A stretch of DNA of 64,000 nt from Stegostoma tigrinum (Eukaryota): positions 6,357,763-6,421,762 of the forward strand of contig NC_081369.1 of assembly GCF_030684315.1 (NCBI RefSeq), in the 5' to 3' direction. The notes under the pieces were generated by a model. It worked only from the letters and a program-made list of their open reading frames with translations. It searched no databases and had not been told where the DNA came from. Below are positions 1 through 14,034 of the stretch, piece after piece (position 1 is the stretch's first letter; each line of letters begins with the position of its first letter). A program made the translations under genes and the position numbers.

Positions 1-1039
1 GTGCTGGAGGTATTGGCCTTGCACTGAGGAAACCTGGAACCCCACCTGCCAGCTCTGCTGGATGTGGAATATTTCACCGCACAACTCTAAAGAAGCATCC
101 TTTTCTCAATAGGAACCAGGCACAGATGATCCGACAACTATGCTACAGGACATTATACCAATACAGATTAGCGGTACTGATGAGGTGAGAAATTTAAGGC
201 TTTTTTTTCCAGAATATCAGACAGACATTCTGTGTATAAAAGAATGTATTCAGAGGGGACAGACTATTCAGATATTCAAGGCTGGTGCCTCTGTGCCAAG
301 GAGATACCATGGTAAATAAGGATGTTAGCAGGAGCAACCTGAAACGAGCAGCCAGTCTTTAGGTATGAAAAGGGAGGTTTTGGAGGCTGGGTATGGAGGG
401 ACTGCAGTTTGGAAGAACATAGCATGAATCCACCAGCAGGCTGCTGTTATCCACACCCAGGCTATGATGTCCCATGTTGCCTGATGTGAGCAGATGCAAA
501 GTAGGAAAAGTGAAGCTTATTTGCAAACAGGACAAGCACTGGAATGAATCTTAAAACCTGACCCACTTCCAATCCTACCTCAATCACAAGAAATTAGAAC
601 TGTGGCCTGGTTGAAGCAATGATAATTTCATCTTTAGAAATGCTGGATAAAATATATTGTCAAAGAACTTTTCATCTTGCACACATCAGGACCATTGCAA
701 AGAAAAAAACAACTCAAAAGAGAACATTTATACTGCATGAGAACAGTACTGACTGGTTGGCAAAACAACAATTAATGACGATTGGCAGTTAATCATCAAC
801 TTTAAATTTTAAACGTGACAAAGAAATGTCTTAGGATAAACTTTTCCAAATCCTTTGCTCAGATGGACAGAGCGGACAGTGAAAAGTTCAGGTAGTTTGG
901 CAGAGAAAAATCTATGGAAACCATCAAATCTCCGTGTCAGAAGCCATTCAGGTCACCATGCCTTTGCACATTGTTTTAAAGAGTTACAAATTAATCCCAC
1001 CCCTCTTCTGTTCCCAAATTTCTTCTCTTTAAATATGTA

Positions 1040-1470
1040 TCCAATCTGAACTTGCTTCAACCATCCTTTCAGAAAACACACCCCTGAGCATATCCTTGTG
1101 TATGAAGAGATGTACTGATTTCTCCTCTGCCTCCTTATGCATTTAATTTCAAGTTGTGTTCTCTGCCGATTGATCTTTCTGCCGTTGGAAACAATTTATC
1201 CTTATTAAGCACATCTAAACCCACGATCTCGTACTGTAAAATCAAAATACTCCTAGTCTTCTCTTCCCTGAGGAGAACAGGCCCCTGCTTCACCTGTCTC
1301 TTCCAAACAATTCAGGTCTCTCATCCCTTTGAATTTCGATTGAATCTCCTCTGCAGCCTCTGAGGCCTCGGAATCCTTGCCTAACACTGTGCTGCCCTCG
1401 ACTGTACACAACACTTCCGCCAAGGCCCAACCAGTGATTTATAAAAATTTAGCATGACATCCTTTGGGAA
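1040..1470 (-). mobile_element. Decayed CR1-like LINE 3' fragment
   Basis: Motifs typical of the CR1 ORF2 C-terminus on the reverse strand (ctgtacacaacacttcc...ggcccaaccagtgatttata); no intact ORF. Confidence 0.5.
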
Positions 1471-2209
1471 AATATGTGCAGGGTAAAGGAAGTTTCAGAA
1501 GAATAAACAAAGCCACAATTGATTCTGATTTTCAGCTTGGGCCATTCAGAAGCAGCAGTGGGTCGGAGGATAACAAAAGGAATAAACTAAACTTGTCTAA
1601 CATGCAATCCATGGGGAGTTAAACCTAAAGAAAAAGAAACAGTTAGTTAGTGATGTGACTTAATTTGGTTTTATTTATAGAAAATTAAATTTCCTCAAAC
1701 AGCAATGTGCAGAGTTATTAGGCCTTAATGGGAGCAGTGGGCGTTTTATGCCAGCTCTGGTTCACTGGGAACATTTTAACGTTTCAGTAATAACGAAACC
1801 TGCAAGAGGCCCACATTGAGAGTACATTACTACACACACATTATGTAAAATGTTGGAGTTTAAAGACAATTGTCTGTGGAAGTAACAGACCAGAGCGCAG
1901 AAGGACAAGCTAAAGCAAGAATCCAATTGCATGGAACTTTGCTGCAGTGGATGATATACCAGCTTGGACCTCTACTTTTCACTCTATTCTGCTGCCCTTT
2001 TCCTAGATCTTCTTAAATGTGTCAGGGCTCAGGCAGAGTACACTGAGCACTAAGTCAAACTCTCAGGCTTGAAACCCTCTTCAGAGACACAATCCAGATG
2101 CGTACACTTTGTCGTTTCACAGTATAGTGCTACATCACCATCATTTGTCCATTCTCTCATTGCTGTATACAAACAAATTAGCTTCTGTTATCAAAATTAC
2201 AATCAGATC

Positions 2210-2960
2210 CTAGAATCATACAGTATAGAAACAGGTTCTTCAGCCCACCACGTCTATGCCGACCAACACATCAAGCCACACTAATCCCATTTATCTGCAC
2301 TTGGTCCATGGCCTACCGTGCCCTGGCATTTTAAGTTCTCATTCAGGCGCTTTTAAATGTTACGAGATTCCCTGCCTCCATCACCCTCTCAGGCAACATG
2401 CTTCCATACATCTATCACCCTCTTGGTGAAAACAAAATTTCCTTTCTCTAAACCACTTACTCTTCACCTTGTACCACAATCAGATCCTCCCTCAGCCTCC
2501 TCTGCTTCATGAAAAACAAAACCACTCTTATTCAGTCTCTCCTCATAACAGAGCCTTCCCAGCCCAGGCAAAATCCTGGCAAATCTCCAGAGAAATCATG
2601 TCCTTTCGATAGTGTGGCAACCTGAACTTCACACAGTATTCCATCTGTGGTCTAACCAATGTCTTATAAAATTATAATGGGATTTCCTTATTCCTATATG
2701 ATACGCCCCGGCTAATGAAGGCAAGCATCACGTGTACCTTTTTCACCACCCTGTCTATTTGAGTTGACACCTTCAGGGGTCAATAGACTTGTGTATAAAG
2801 GTCTCTTTTTATTTCAGTACTCCCTAACGACCCTACCATTCATTCTATATACCCTTCCCTTTGTAGACCTCCCAAAGTGCAGCACTTCAAACTTATCAGG
2901 ATTAAATTTTATCTACCTGCCATTACTCTGCCCAATTTACCAGCTAATTATGGCTACTCT
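2210..2960 (-). mobile_element. Decayed CR1 LINE 3' end
   Basis: Starts with a tagaatcatacagtatagaaacagg tail like the other CR1 copies here; body resembles reverse complement of 11900-12690. Confidence 0.7.
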
Positions 2961-3921
2961 TTAAATACTTCATTGGCCATAAAACAGTTTGAAGCCTTGA
3001 TGTCATGAAGGGTATTATATAAATGGAGGTCTTATATTCTCATATTCATTCCCTTTAGATGATGATCAGGGATTCTGCTCCCTTACAGCACATTTCATAT
3101 TTTAACAATGCAAACAATATTTCACATTCACATTTAAATTGAAGGCGTCTGACCCAGATTTGAAATGTCTTTTCATTTCTATCTGCCTATTTTATCATTG
3201 GAGCTCGATTAAATGTTAAACTGATTAGATAGGGGAGAAATAGCTTTTACACTTTGCCCCAACAAAGCTTCCCAATGTCCCTCACACAAGGTAAATATGT
3301 CACTTAAGTGAGATTTTGCAAAGTTTGTGCAAATAACGGGGAGCTGTATGTCTTGGACTGCTCCAGGGTGTCTTAACATTCAGGTACAGATAGGGCTGGG
3401 GTGGAAATAAACAGCAAATGTTACCTTCTATTGGTGAATCCCAAATATAGAAAATAACAAGTCTATGGCTATTCTGTAAACACAGTATGTTGAACCATAA
3501 AAACCCTGCAAATGCTTAAGTATTTTGCTGCTCATGCCTTCTTCAGTAGCCAGCGAACATTTACCCAGTTACCAAATTAAGTTGTGAAACCACTCCCGGC
3601 CCTTTAGGAACAACTCTGCTGATCGTGCCTAGAACAGGAAATGTCAGTTGTCAGGCAGAAAGGTCTCAATTCAGCATCAAGAATGGACATGGACATAGTA
3701 CGAAGAGGGGAGGGGTGATGACAAAATACAGAAATAGCCTGAGTTTGTTGCTGATCATTATTTAGGGAAAGAACGTATGGGCATATACACATTGTGAAAT
3801 TGTGGGAACTGATTCCCAACACACGTCAGCACCTTCGGGAGGCAAAGAACAGGGAAGCAGGAGATTTATTTCAGAAAATAAAACATATTGCTCCTTGACT
3901 GATTATAGAGTTGCTAACCAA

Positions 3922-4076
3922 ACAAGGTTCTAAAGCAAGATAATAAAATGTGAGGCTGGATGAACACAGCAGGCCCAGCAGCATCTCAGGAGCACACATC
4001 CAGCCTCACATTTTAATTATCTTGGATTCTCCAGCATCTGAAGTTCCCATTATCAATGATACAAGGTTCTAAAGCA
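3922..4076. mobile_element. Palindromic Penelope-derived mini-element (family A) with 16-bp TSD
   Basis: acaaggttctaaagca at 3922-3937 and 4061-4076; inverted arms gataataaaatgtgaggctggatg / catccagcctcacatttt; same sequence as the termini of the Penelope at 43521-45733. Confidence 0.85.
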
Positions 4077-4104
4077 GTCAGCCTTGTGTGTGAATGCAAA
4101 CTAC

Positions 4105-4282
4105 TTGAGATGAACTGGTACAACGTACACCAGTTGAGGAAGGATCACCAGACCCAAAACGTTAACTCTGCTTTTTTCTTCGCAGATGCTGCCAGACCTG
4201 CTGAGCTTTTCCAGCAACTTCTGTTTTTGTTTGTGATTTACAGCATCCGCAGCTCTTTTGGTTTTTATTGAGATGAACTGGT
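4105..4282 (+). mobile_element. Penelope terminal-repeat fragment (family B) with 15-bp TSD and degenerate hammerhead
   Basis: ttgagatgaactggt at 4105-4119 and 4268-4282; ttgaggaaggatcaccagacccaaaacgttaact is a decayed copy of the 26326-26369 motif. Confidence 0.8.
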
Positions 4283-7200
4283 GCCCAGCCAAGTCTATAG
4301 AGTTAATGTGAGAATGTAAATAAGGAATTGATACAAGAATACATGGCTTCTGGGAAATGGAAGCGTTGCGTGAAGCCTTATCCTGTACTTAGTTAGCATT
4401 TACCAAGTTGAACACAATAGGATGCTAGCCGACAAAGCTTCCAATCATCTTTATCACCTTCTGCATGATGTAACCAAACTAGGACAGAGCTCTGGTGTAA
4501 AAATATCAAGGCAAATACAATGATTTGCTCTTTCACTGGGAATGCTCACCATAGTATCGGCCCTTTGAAATTATCCTGCTTCTTTCACAATCTATCATTT
4601 TCATTACAACCCAAGGACAAAACTATACAACCCCAACATCACGTGTTTGCCTCATGTTTTCTTGTATTCAAGTGTTACGTTAGAGGGTCTGGAAGTCCTC
4701 ATAATACCTTCTATACAAAGTCAGATCACAGAGCTTATCCGTCAAGAATTCTGATCATTGCTGCACGAGGAATGCCCAAATCAGTTTGAGTAAGGCTGGA
4801 AATCAATTGCCCTCTTGAACTAAAACCTATTGATCAGACAAAAAAAAACTCCTTGATCATAGAACAATTAAGCTTTCTAGAGAGATTAACACTGCAACCC
4901 ATGTAAAACCTATCTTTTAAAGGAGATATGTTGATTATCAGTATTTAAATCACGAAATAAAGCTCCTGCAATATCCCCACTGGTACGTTTACTGTGACTG
5001 GCTCACACAGAGCAGAGTGGTTTCAGGTTTGGACTTAGTCAGTTAGTCTTAGCTGAGGTAGTGGTGGGGGCTCTGACTGCACTTCAGTGTTGGTGGGTGA
5101 GGAGAGAGAGTGGAGAGTGAAGAGAAAAGTTAGCCCAATTCCAAGTTGAAGTGTTTATTGAACATTAGACAAGGTAATTGAAGGGCACCATGGAGCGGCC
5201 ATGATATTACTGAATGGTAAAACAGGCTTGAACAACCTCCTTCTGCTCCTAGTTTATATGTACATTTCTATATTGGCAGTGCAGATGCATTGAGCTCGAG
5301 TGTCAAGGTTCACACGGGCAGAATAGGGGACACATACAGGTCAAAAATCAGCAGGTCCACGACAAAACGTGAATCATGCTGTTCACTTCATTTGACAGCT
5401 CATGTTATTTGTGATAAACAAATTTATCATTTTGCTGCTCCATGTTAAATCCAAGCGGCCTCATAAAGATCGGAACTGTTTTCTGCATTGAGCGCACAGA
5501 ATCCAGTTTTCCAGCAGATTCGTGAGAACAACTATGTGTATTTTACAGTCTGTTCCACTTGCTCCCCTCCAACTTTTTTTCTAAAGTATGAAACCCATCC
5601 CTTTCTAGCTGTCTTCAGATCTGAAGGAGAATCATTTCAGACTCAAATAATTAACATTTTACTGTCTCCACAGGTGCTTCCATCCTTGCTGTCATGTTTC
5701 TCCAGTTCTATCATTTTATTCATATATTGTCCTTATATTATCCACACAAACAGGACAAGTTGGCTGGGGCTTCTATAAAACTTTAAACCACTGTTTCGAG
5801 TCATTATTTGACCCACAGAGAAGACTGCCTGTCAAAAGGGGAACCAAGCACAATCTGTATAAACTGATCAGATATCACAATGGAAGTCCAGAATCACTGT
5901 GGTATATTCTACACTGTGCAAGTATTTGAGGATGTGTGGAGGCACCTTTACACATTCAAAGCCAACATGCATGGGCAGTGTGGTTGCAGGGCCTTTATTT
6001 TTAAAACACTTAATACTATTTGCTACATGTCACAAGGGCTCAATGGCTAAACTCAGACTGCTTTTGGTGGCAATGAAAACTGATTTCCTCCTTCTGCGGC
6101 TGGCCTCTATAAGCTCATGGCACTTCTAAAACTTTAAGGACAAGGTAGGGGAATATAAAGGAATGTCCTTGTTAGGTTATTGGAGAGAATCTTTACATTT
6201 TGCTGATGCTCCTAAAAGCTATATCATAGCACTAAGATCAGTGCAGTGACATATCTACAAATTCAAATCTGCTGCAGCTCTTACACAAAGGCAAAATACT
6301 GCAGATGCTGTGCATCAGAAACAGAGAGTTTTGGGAAACCCTACGCAGCATCTACGTAGAGCCATGTTGGACTTGAAACATTCGCTTGGCTTTAGCCAGT
6401 TTTGCGTCAGTCTGGTGGAGATTAATGTATGAAGGTTGATCCACAGCGGTGTCTGCTGTCACGACTTGGTTTTGTATGTGATCCCTATTTGCAGAATGAC
6501 TTGATCTTTGGTTTTTCTAAGCGTTGCCTGTCAGTTACTCACATTACATTCACCAGTTGCCTTTTTGCTGCCATACACCCTAATTATGAAGTCACTGCAG
6601 TAATCTAGCTCGAGCACTAGTGGGATTCATTGTTCAGTACTGCCAACCTTCTTGCTCTGCCTCTTGCCCTGAAGGGGTGGAATATTGCCTGGATACAGTG
6701 ATACATACACTTGTACTCCAGCATCTGGCCAATCCTGCAGCAAAAATGAAGGTGAGCAGGTTCATCCACTTTATCAGGCATTGCAGCATCCCTCATCCAT
6801 CTCGAGTCTCTTTCAGCAAGGATGACTTGAGAAGAATCTCTCTCTTTGGGGAAAGAGAAGGGGAGTGGGGTTAGCTGGATTGATTGTCGAAAGTCAGCAC
6901 AGACTCTATGGATAAAATAGCCTCCTTCTGGAGGTGGAAGCATTCCATAATTCTATCACTGACACAAAGTCTTGGAAAGGCCACTCTTCAACCTGCTGCC
7001 CTCTTCTCCTCATCTTCACCATCTTAGCTCCTATCACCCATTAATGTTCTTTGCCACACGCACTTCAGCCTCATACAGTACATGATTGGTTGTAGGTTTG
7101 CTTTGATCCATGCTGTTTCCACATTTTGGCATGCAACTCGTTTTGTGTTGCCACTTCACCAGGTTGACATCTAATTTTTAGCTATGACTTGGCAAACTCT

Positions 7201-7359
7201 TCTACAGTTGAACCAGAGTAGATCCTTGTTGATCATGGCAGAGAAGAATATCTCAGGCCGTGAGGTACAGACTGTGGTTGAGTTCAGCTCTGGTGCTGCT
7301 GTAGAATGACCGTGCCTCATGGGTGCTCAGTTTGAGCTGCTCAATCCATTTATCTCAGT

Positions 7360-8330
7360 AGGGATAATGGGCAGGTAACCAAATTGGTAGAATGTGATCA
7401 CTGGAGTCTCTCAAAGGTGTGTTAGAGCCTCAATTATTCATGCCATTTATTAACAACTTGGATAATGGCACAGAAAATCTCATATCCAAATTTGCTGATG
7501 ACAGAAAAGTTAGGAGGCACTGTAGACAGTGCACATGCTAATATAAATTAGGCAAGTGGGCAAAGCTGTGGCAGATGGACATTAATGTAAGCAAATGAGA
7601 GATAATCCACATTTGGGGAAAAACAGATCAGGATACTTTCTAGGTGTATGGAAGTTAAGCACAGTAGAGGGCCAAGAGACCTGGGGTTTTAAGTGCATAG
7701 ATTTTTCAAATGCCACAAACAGACGCAGAGAATATTCAGGACAGCTAATGAAATGTTGTCTTTTCTCTCTCAAGAGGGCTGGGGTGTAAGGATGCAGCAA
7801 TTATGTAAAACCCTGACTAGACCCCATTTGGTGTACTAAGAGCAGATCTGGCACCACACCTTAGGAAGGATATGTTGGCTTTGGTGGGAAGACAAACATA
7901 TGTTTACAAATTGATACCTGGACTACAGGAGTTAAGTTAGTAGGACAGATTACACCAAATAGGCCTGCTTTCTCTAGAATTTGTAATGTTAAGGGCAATC
8001 TGATCGAAGGCTTCAAGACAATAACAAAAGAAGACATGGCAGATAAAGAAAAATTATTTTCATTGGTTGGAGATTCTAGTCTCAAAATAAGGGCCAGACC
8101 ATTCAAGGGAAAATGTTCAGAAGCACTTCTACACGCAAAGGGTTGCACAGGCTTGGAGGTCTTCTGCAAACAGCAGCAGATAGAGGATCAGTAGCTGATT
8201 TTAAATTTGAGATCGATACATTTTTGATTAGTGAAGGTATTAAGGGATATAAGCCAAAGGCAGGTAGAGAGAGTTAGGCCATGGCTCAGCTGTGATCTCT
8301 GAGACGCTGAATTAATACTCCTGTTCCTTT
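7360..8330 (+). mobile_element. Decayed CR1 LINE (RT to 3' UTR)
   Basis: atatccaaatttgctgatgac (ISKFADD) at ~7482-7502 followed by CR1-like C-terminus and 3' UTR; many stops. Confidence 0.8.
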
Positions 8331-8419
8331 GTACAAGTTGCAAGCCTCTTCTGGTTTCTCCAGTCTGAACAGTCCACATTGCATAATTTATTAACAACAG
8401 TGTGAAATACTAAAACATT

Positions 8420-9030
8420 TCTAACCATTGTCAGCCAGCAATGCAGAGTGGATAATCCAGCTAACCCTCCTCCGAAGGCCTCTAACATCATAAATCCTCA
8501 CGATATCAAGAAACAGCTGAAAGCACTGGATACTGCAAAGGATTTGGGAAGCTAACAGTATTCTGGAAACAGCGATGAAAGTTAGAGCTTGAGCTGCACC
8601 CCCAATCAAGGTGTTCTGGTACAGCTACAAAACTGACACCGATCTGACAATGTGGAAAATTTCCAAGGACAAATCCAATGTGGCCAATTACCACCCTCAG
8701 TGGAGTCACAATATTAGCAACATGACAAAGTTGTGATGATAGTGCTACAAAGCTACACTTCTTCAGCAATATCCCGCTCATTGATGCTCCACTGGGTTCC
8801 CCTAGGACCATTTAGGTCCTGGTCTCATAACAGCCTTTCCAAATATGGACAAAAGAGCCAAACTTCAGAGGTGAATTAGAGTAACTGCTCTTGATTTGAC
8901 CAACTGCGACATAAAAGGAGCCCTAGTAAAATTGATATCCTGGGAATAGGAGGAAGAGCACTCTGGGATTGCAGTCATACCTGGCACAAAGGAAGGTGGT
9001 TATGGCTGTTTAAGGCATTAGTACATCTGC
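8420..9030 (+). mobile_element. Old non-LTR retrotransposon RT fragment (CR1/L2 group)
   Basis: Degenerate ALDTAK..ELAAP..MWKI..DKSNVANYHP segment typical of the region just before a LINE RT; related pieces at ~6500-7350, ~9995-11260 and ~63500-64000. Confidence 0.55.
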
Positions 9031-9554
9031 AATCAAGCCCTCAATCATACTTCTGTTATCTCTAAACTTGATTTGAAAACACTTCTGCTCAGACTTGCAT
9101 TTGTTATGATCCATAAACTTAAGGTCCTCCACAACTGCTGCCTAGTTCTTAGGCTGAGTTTCTCTAGCATTTCCTACTTATATTTCAAGTTTTTAGCTAT
9201 CGCAATAGTCTGCTTTTAACACTCCAAGATATCTGTACTCATCCAATTATGGGTTTTCGGGAAATTCCAGATTCTGATCACTCAAATGGTGGCTGAGTTG
9301 TGAGCCCCCAAGCTTTAGAATTTGCAGTTTAAATTTGTCCATCTCACGTTCCTATTTTAATATGCTTAAGACACTTGACCTAATATTGGCTCATACGACT
9401 TGATTTTTGTTGGATGACACCCTGAAAGCAACCTGAGACAGCTGATTAGGTTGAAAATGTTAAAGTAGAGGCAACATAAGGCTTAGCACGCTAAATATGG
9501 AACTGCAGAGGGACTAATTAAGAGGCTATGCTGTATTTTACCCGTGGCTCTTAC

Positions 9555-9699
9555 CTTCCTGGGAGTTTTGATATAAAGGTGATACAGCCACTTCAAGACG
9601 GCAATTCTTGTCATCATCCCTGTGACTGTGTCATGAAGATGCCGATCAAGCACCAGCACGATTCCATCCAAGTTAAGGGCTTCCTGAGAATGATCGATC
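9555..9699 (-). CDS. VAC14: VAC14 coding exon 11, 145 nt
   Basis: (T)[48 protein letters not shown]; CAG acceptor, AAG|GTAAG donor. Confidence 0.95.
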
Positions 9700-11270
9700 C
9701 TGCATAAGTAATAAGCAACTTTATCAATGATTATTACTACAAAGGTAAGAGGTGGGTTTAAAAAAAATCCACTGCAAACTACAAGGACTTGTGCCATATC
9801 AAACAAAGACTACCTGATAGAAAGCATTACCATGAAAGAAAACTTTAACAAAACTCAGATGGAATGTCCTACTCAAATGGAGTGCAAAGTGATTCAGACT
9901 GCACCATACTGAGGAGGGTGATAGCACTGAACTGAATACCACTGCAAGATTACAAAAACGTAGCTGTTTCTGGCTGGAGATTAATAGTTTAAAAATTTAT
10001 TTCACAAGACATTACCATTGCTGGCCAGGGTAGCATTTCTGACTCACCCTAACTGCCTTTGAGAAGGTGGTGGTGAGCTGTCGCCTTGAACTACTGCAGT
10101 CCTCGGGTGGCTCTACAATGCTGAGGGGAAGGGAATTTCAGGATTTTGATGTGGTGACAGTGAAGCAACAGCAATATAGTTCCCAGAACAGACACAGCAT
10201 GGTTGGACGCCACGTGTAGACGGTAGTATTCCTGTGGGTCTCTCCACTTTCATGTATGGCTGGTGCTGCTTCTGGTGTGCCCTCCTGTACTCAACATTGA
10301 TCAGGATAAAGTCCCCCAGCTTTATGGTAATAATAGAGCCGGGGATACACTGGGCCATAAGGTTACAGATTGTGGGTCAATATAATTTTACTACCACTGA
10401 TGACCCATAGCATCTTATGGCTGCTCAAAAGTAAACTGCTAGATCCATTTGAAATCTTAACACACGACATAATGGAGGGTATCTTCAATGCAAAGGTGGG
10501 ACTGTCTCCCTAAGAACTGTGGAGGTGGTCACCCCTACTGATACTATCATGGACAGATGCAACTGTGGCAGGTACGTTGATGGGGATGCAGTCAAGTGTG
10601 TCTTAACCTCTTGTTTCTTCTCTCGCCACCTACTGCAGACTCAGTCCAGCAGCTAGATCCTTCAGGACACAGTCAGTTAGTCTTGATGACTGACACTGAA
10701 AAGTCTGTCATTCAGAGCACATTTTGTCTCCAGGTGAATATCAGCGCATCTGCCAAAAAGTGTTCAACATAGCTGATCACTAATTTATCAAAGAATGTGG
10801 TAATCAGCAAGAGGTTTCCTTGCACCCTTGATGCCAAGAGACCTCTCAGGGTGTGGAATCAACACTGAGGACCCTCAGGACAACTCCTTCCTGCCACTGT
10901 CTCCTCTGGTGTGTCTTTTCTGCCCATCTAGCATGGTGGTGCCTGGGGCAAACTCAAGGAGTCGTATCTTACAAAAAAACATTTGGTCTGTACTTAGGTC
11001 AACACTAGGTGATCCACCTAGTTTCATTCTTTGTTGTCTTTTCTGTAGCAGTTTGGTGCAACACAGTGAGCCGTTTCAAAGGCTGTAAAGAATCAATCAC
11101 CTTGTCGTGAGTGTGGAGTCACCCTGGCATCGCATGTGAGGGTGACAGATTTCCATGTTGAAGAGCATTTAGTGAACCAGATTGGTTTTTATGACAACCG
11201 ATGATATTTCTCAGCGGCATTATTGAGACCAGCTTCTAAATCCAGACTTTTTTTTGTTAATGGAATTTTG

Positions 11271-12696
11271 AGGATAGCAAATGTGGTTCCCCTGTTCAAG
11301 AAGGGGAGTAGAGACAACCCTGGTCATTATAGACCAGTGAGCCTTACCTCAGTTGTTGGTGAAGTTTTGGAAAAGGTTACAAGGGATAGAATTTATAATC
11401 ATCTAGAAAAGAATAAATTGATTAGGGATAGTCAGCATGGTTTTGTGAAGGGAAGGTTGTGCCTCACAAACCTTATTGAGTTCTTAGAGAAGGTGACCTA
11501 ACAGGTAGATGAGAGTAAACCGATTGATGTGGTGTATATGGATTTCAGCAAGGCGTTCGATAAGGTTCCCCACAATAGGCTATTGTACAAAATGCAGAGG
11601 AATGGAATTGTAGGAGATATAGCAGTTTGGATCGGAAGTTGGCTTGCTGAAAGAAGACAGAGGGTGGTAGTTGATGGGAAATGTTCATCCTGGAGACCAG
11701 TTACTAGTGGTGTATCACAAGGGTCGGTGTTGGGTCTACTGCTGTTTGTCATTTTTATAAATGACCTGGATGAGGATGTAGAAGGATGGGTTAGTAAATT
11801 TGCAGACGACACTAAGGTCGGTGGAGTTGTGGATAGTGATGAAGGGTGCTGTAGGTTGCAGAGAGACATAGATAAGCTGCAGGGCTGGGCTGGCAGGCGG
11901 CAAATGGAGTTTAATACAGACAAGTGTGAGGTGATGCACTTTGGTAGGAGTAACCAGAAGGCAAAGTACAGGGCTAATGGTAAGATTCTTAGCAGTGTAG
12001 ATGAGCAGAGAGATCTCGGTGTCCATGTACACAGATCCTTGAAAGTTGCCACCAAGGTTGACAGGGTTGTTAAGGAGGCATACAGTGTTTTAGGTTTTGT
12101 TAATAGAGGGATCGAGTTCCAGAACCAAGAGGTTATGCTGCAGCTGTACAAAACTCTGGTGCAGCCACACTTGGAGTAGTGCGTACAGTTCTGGTCACCG
12201 CATTATAAAGGAGGATGTGGAAGCTTTGGAAAGGGTGCAGAGGAGATTTACTAGGATGTTGCCTGGTATGGAGGGAAGGTCTTACGAGGAAAGGCTGAGG
12301 GACTTGAGGCTGTTTTCATTAGCGAGAAGAAGGTTGAGAGGTGACTTAATTGAGACATATAAAATAATCAAAGGGTTAGATAGGGTGGATAGGGAGAGCC
12401 TTTTTCCTAGGATGGTGATGGCGAGCACGAGGGGGCATAGCTTTAAATTGAGGGGTGAAAGATATAGGACAGATGTCAGAGGTAGTTTCTTTACTCAGAG
12501 AGTAGTAAGGGAATGGAACGCTTTGCCTGCAACGGTAGTAGATTCGCCAACTTTAGGTACATTTAAGTCGTCATTGGACAAGCATATGGACGTACGTGGA
12601 ATAGCGTAGGTTTGATGGGCTTGAGATCGGTATGAAAGGTCAGCACAACATCGAGGGCCAAAGGGCCTGTACTGTGCTGTAATGTTCTATGTTCTA
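11271..12696 (+). mobile_element. Young 5'-truncated CR1 LINE (RT and C-terminus)
   Basis: ORFs 11223-11501, 11529-12179 and 12097-12609 give PLFKKG..YRPVSLTS, QHGF, DFSKAFDKVPH, QGSVLG, FADDTK; only two stops and one frameshift; ends in (tgttcta)n. Confidence 0.95.
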
Positions 12697-14034
12697 AGTT
12701 GCCATGTCCCCACAGCATTAGCCTGTGCCTCTGGATTATTAGTCTAAGAAACGGCCATTATAATACCACCATCTTCCCATGAATGCCAACAATGTAAACT
12801 ATCTGTAGCCAGGATACCAGATCATGCTTTGACAGAACTTCAAACAGAAATTGGGATTAAACTAAGATTCATTCCCAATTCAGCACCCAGTTAATATTTC
12901 ATCTGTATTAAACAAAGAATTCTCTCCATTCAAAAGAGCATGAATTCAACCTGGATTATAACTAATTTTAATCGGTTTGCCTTGGATGAGGTTAACTTGG
13001 GCTGAGTCAGTAGTAAATGAGTGGTTCTGTTTATACACAAACTAGTTAGACCTTTCCCCACACCCTCCCTTCAAGTAGTTTTCATTGTCCTGTGAAATCA
13101 GTAGTAGCTTCCCTTCTCAATGACCCAAGTTTCAAAAACTGAGAGGAAGAGAAACCTGGCTTTATAGCCTGTCCCACAGAGGTGTAGTGCCTTATCCATA
13201 ACCACAAGGAGCTCAGTAATCCTTCAATGCAACAGTCTCTTGTACAGGGCAAAGCAGTAGACCTAAAACCCAGCACGAAATAGTGAGATTGGAGATAGAA
13301 ATAAAATAAAATTCATTACTTAAAAGCGATAAGACAAGGAGAAATTTGTCACAAGGGGTAAATAGCTTGCTTAGTGTGACAAACGAGGCAAAATAATTAG
13401 AAAAGCTCCCAGTGCAATCTGTCAGGGAGGAAAATGAATGATTAAAATGAGAAAAAACAGTGCAAGCCCACACACCACTTCTAGCCTCCTATTCCTTCCC
13501 AGGACCCAGTTTCTGACAGTTGACAGCAAAACTTGAGAAGAGCCTCTCCCAGCATTCAGAAGAGCAGGAAGTGAAGGACCCTGAGCCTGCAGACAAATCA
13601 CAGAGCACCCTCCCTTCATAATGGGGACAGCAAATTTCCGTTCACTGCTTCACCATTCAAAAATGTTTAAACAAGTGATGGGAGGCATTATCTATTGCAA
13701 TTAACTTTAAGCTTGGGGTTTATATCATCACTATCTTGGGAAGCAATGATCCTTGCCTGATTATTCATCTTTAAAACATTCAATTATTGTCCCTATGAAC
13801 TGAGATTGAGCTGATTCTGGTCTTAGTCACAAGCACATCCAGTGGCTCAGTCTTGCTGCATGCATCATGACACGGGTTACAGGAAACACAAGAAAACAAA
13901 CAGCTCATTTAATCTCATTGGCAGCACCGCACTCATAAAAGCGGTGCCTCCACGGCAAAGGTCATCGTCACAGGGGAAATTTATCCTCATAATCAGACAG
14001 TTCATCGACATGCCGGGCTACACTCCCTCATTTG

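Noticed and set aside
1-9554. Next VAC14 exon (MFRHTDSLFP-like, from recollection of the human protein)
   Set aside because: No matching reading frame found by eye; it probably lies beyond the left edge of the window.
11498-12151. 217-aa minus-strand ORF (also 43883-44629 and 31569-32102 on +)
   Set aside because: Antisense shadows of CR1 or Penelope coding sequence.
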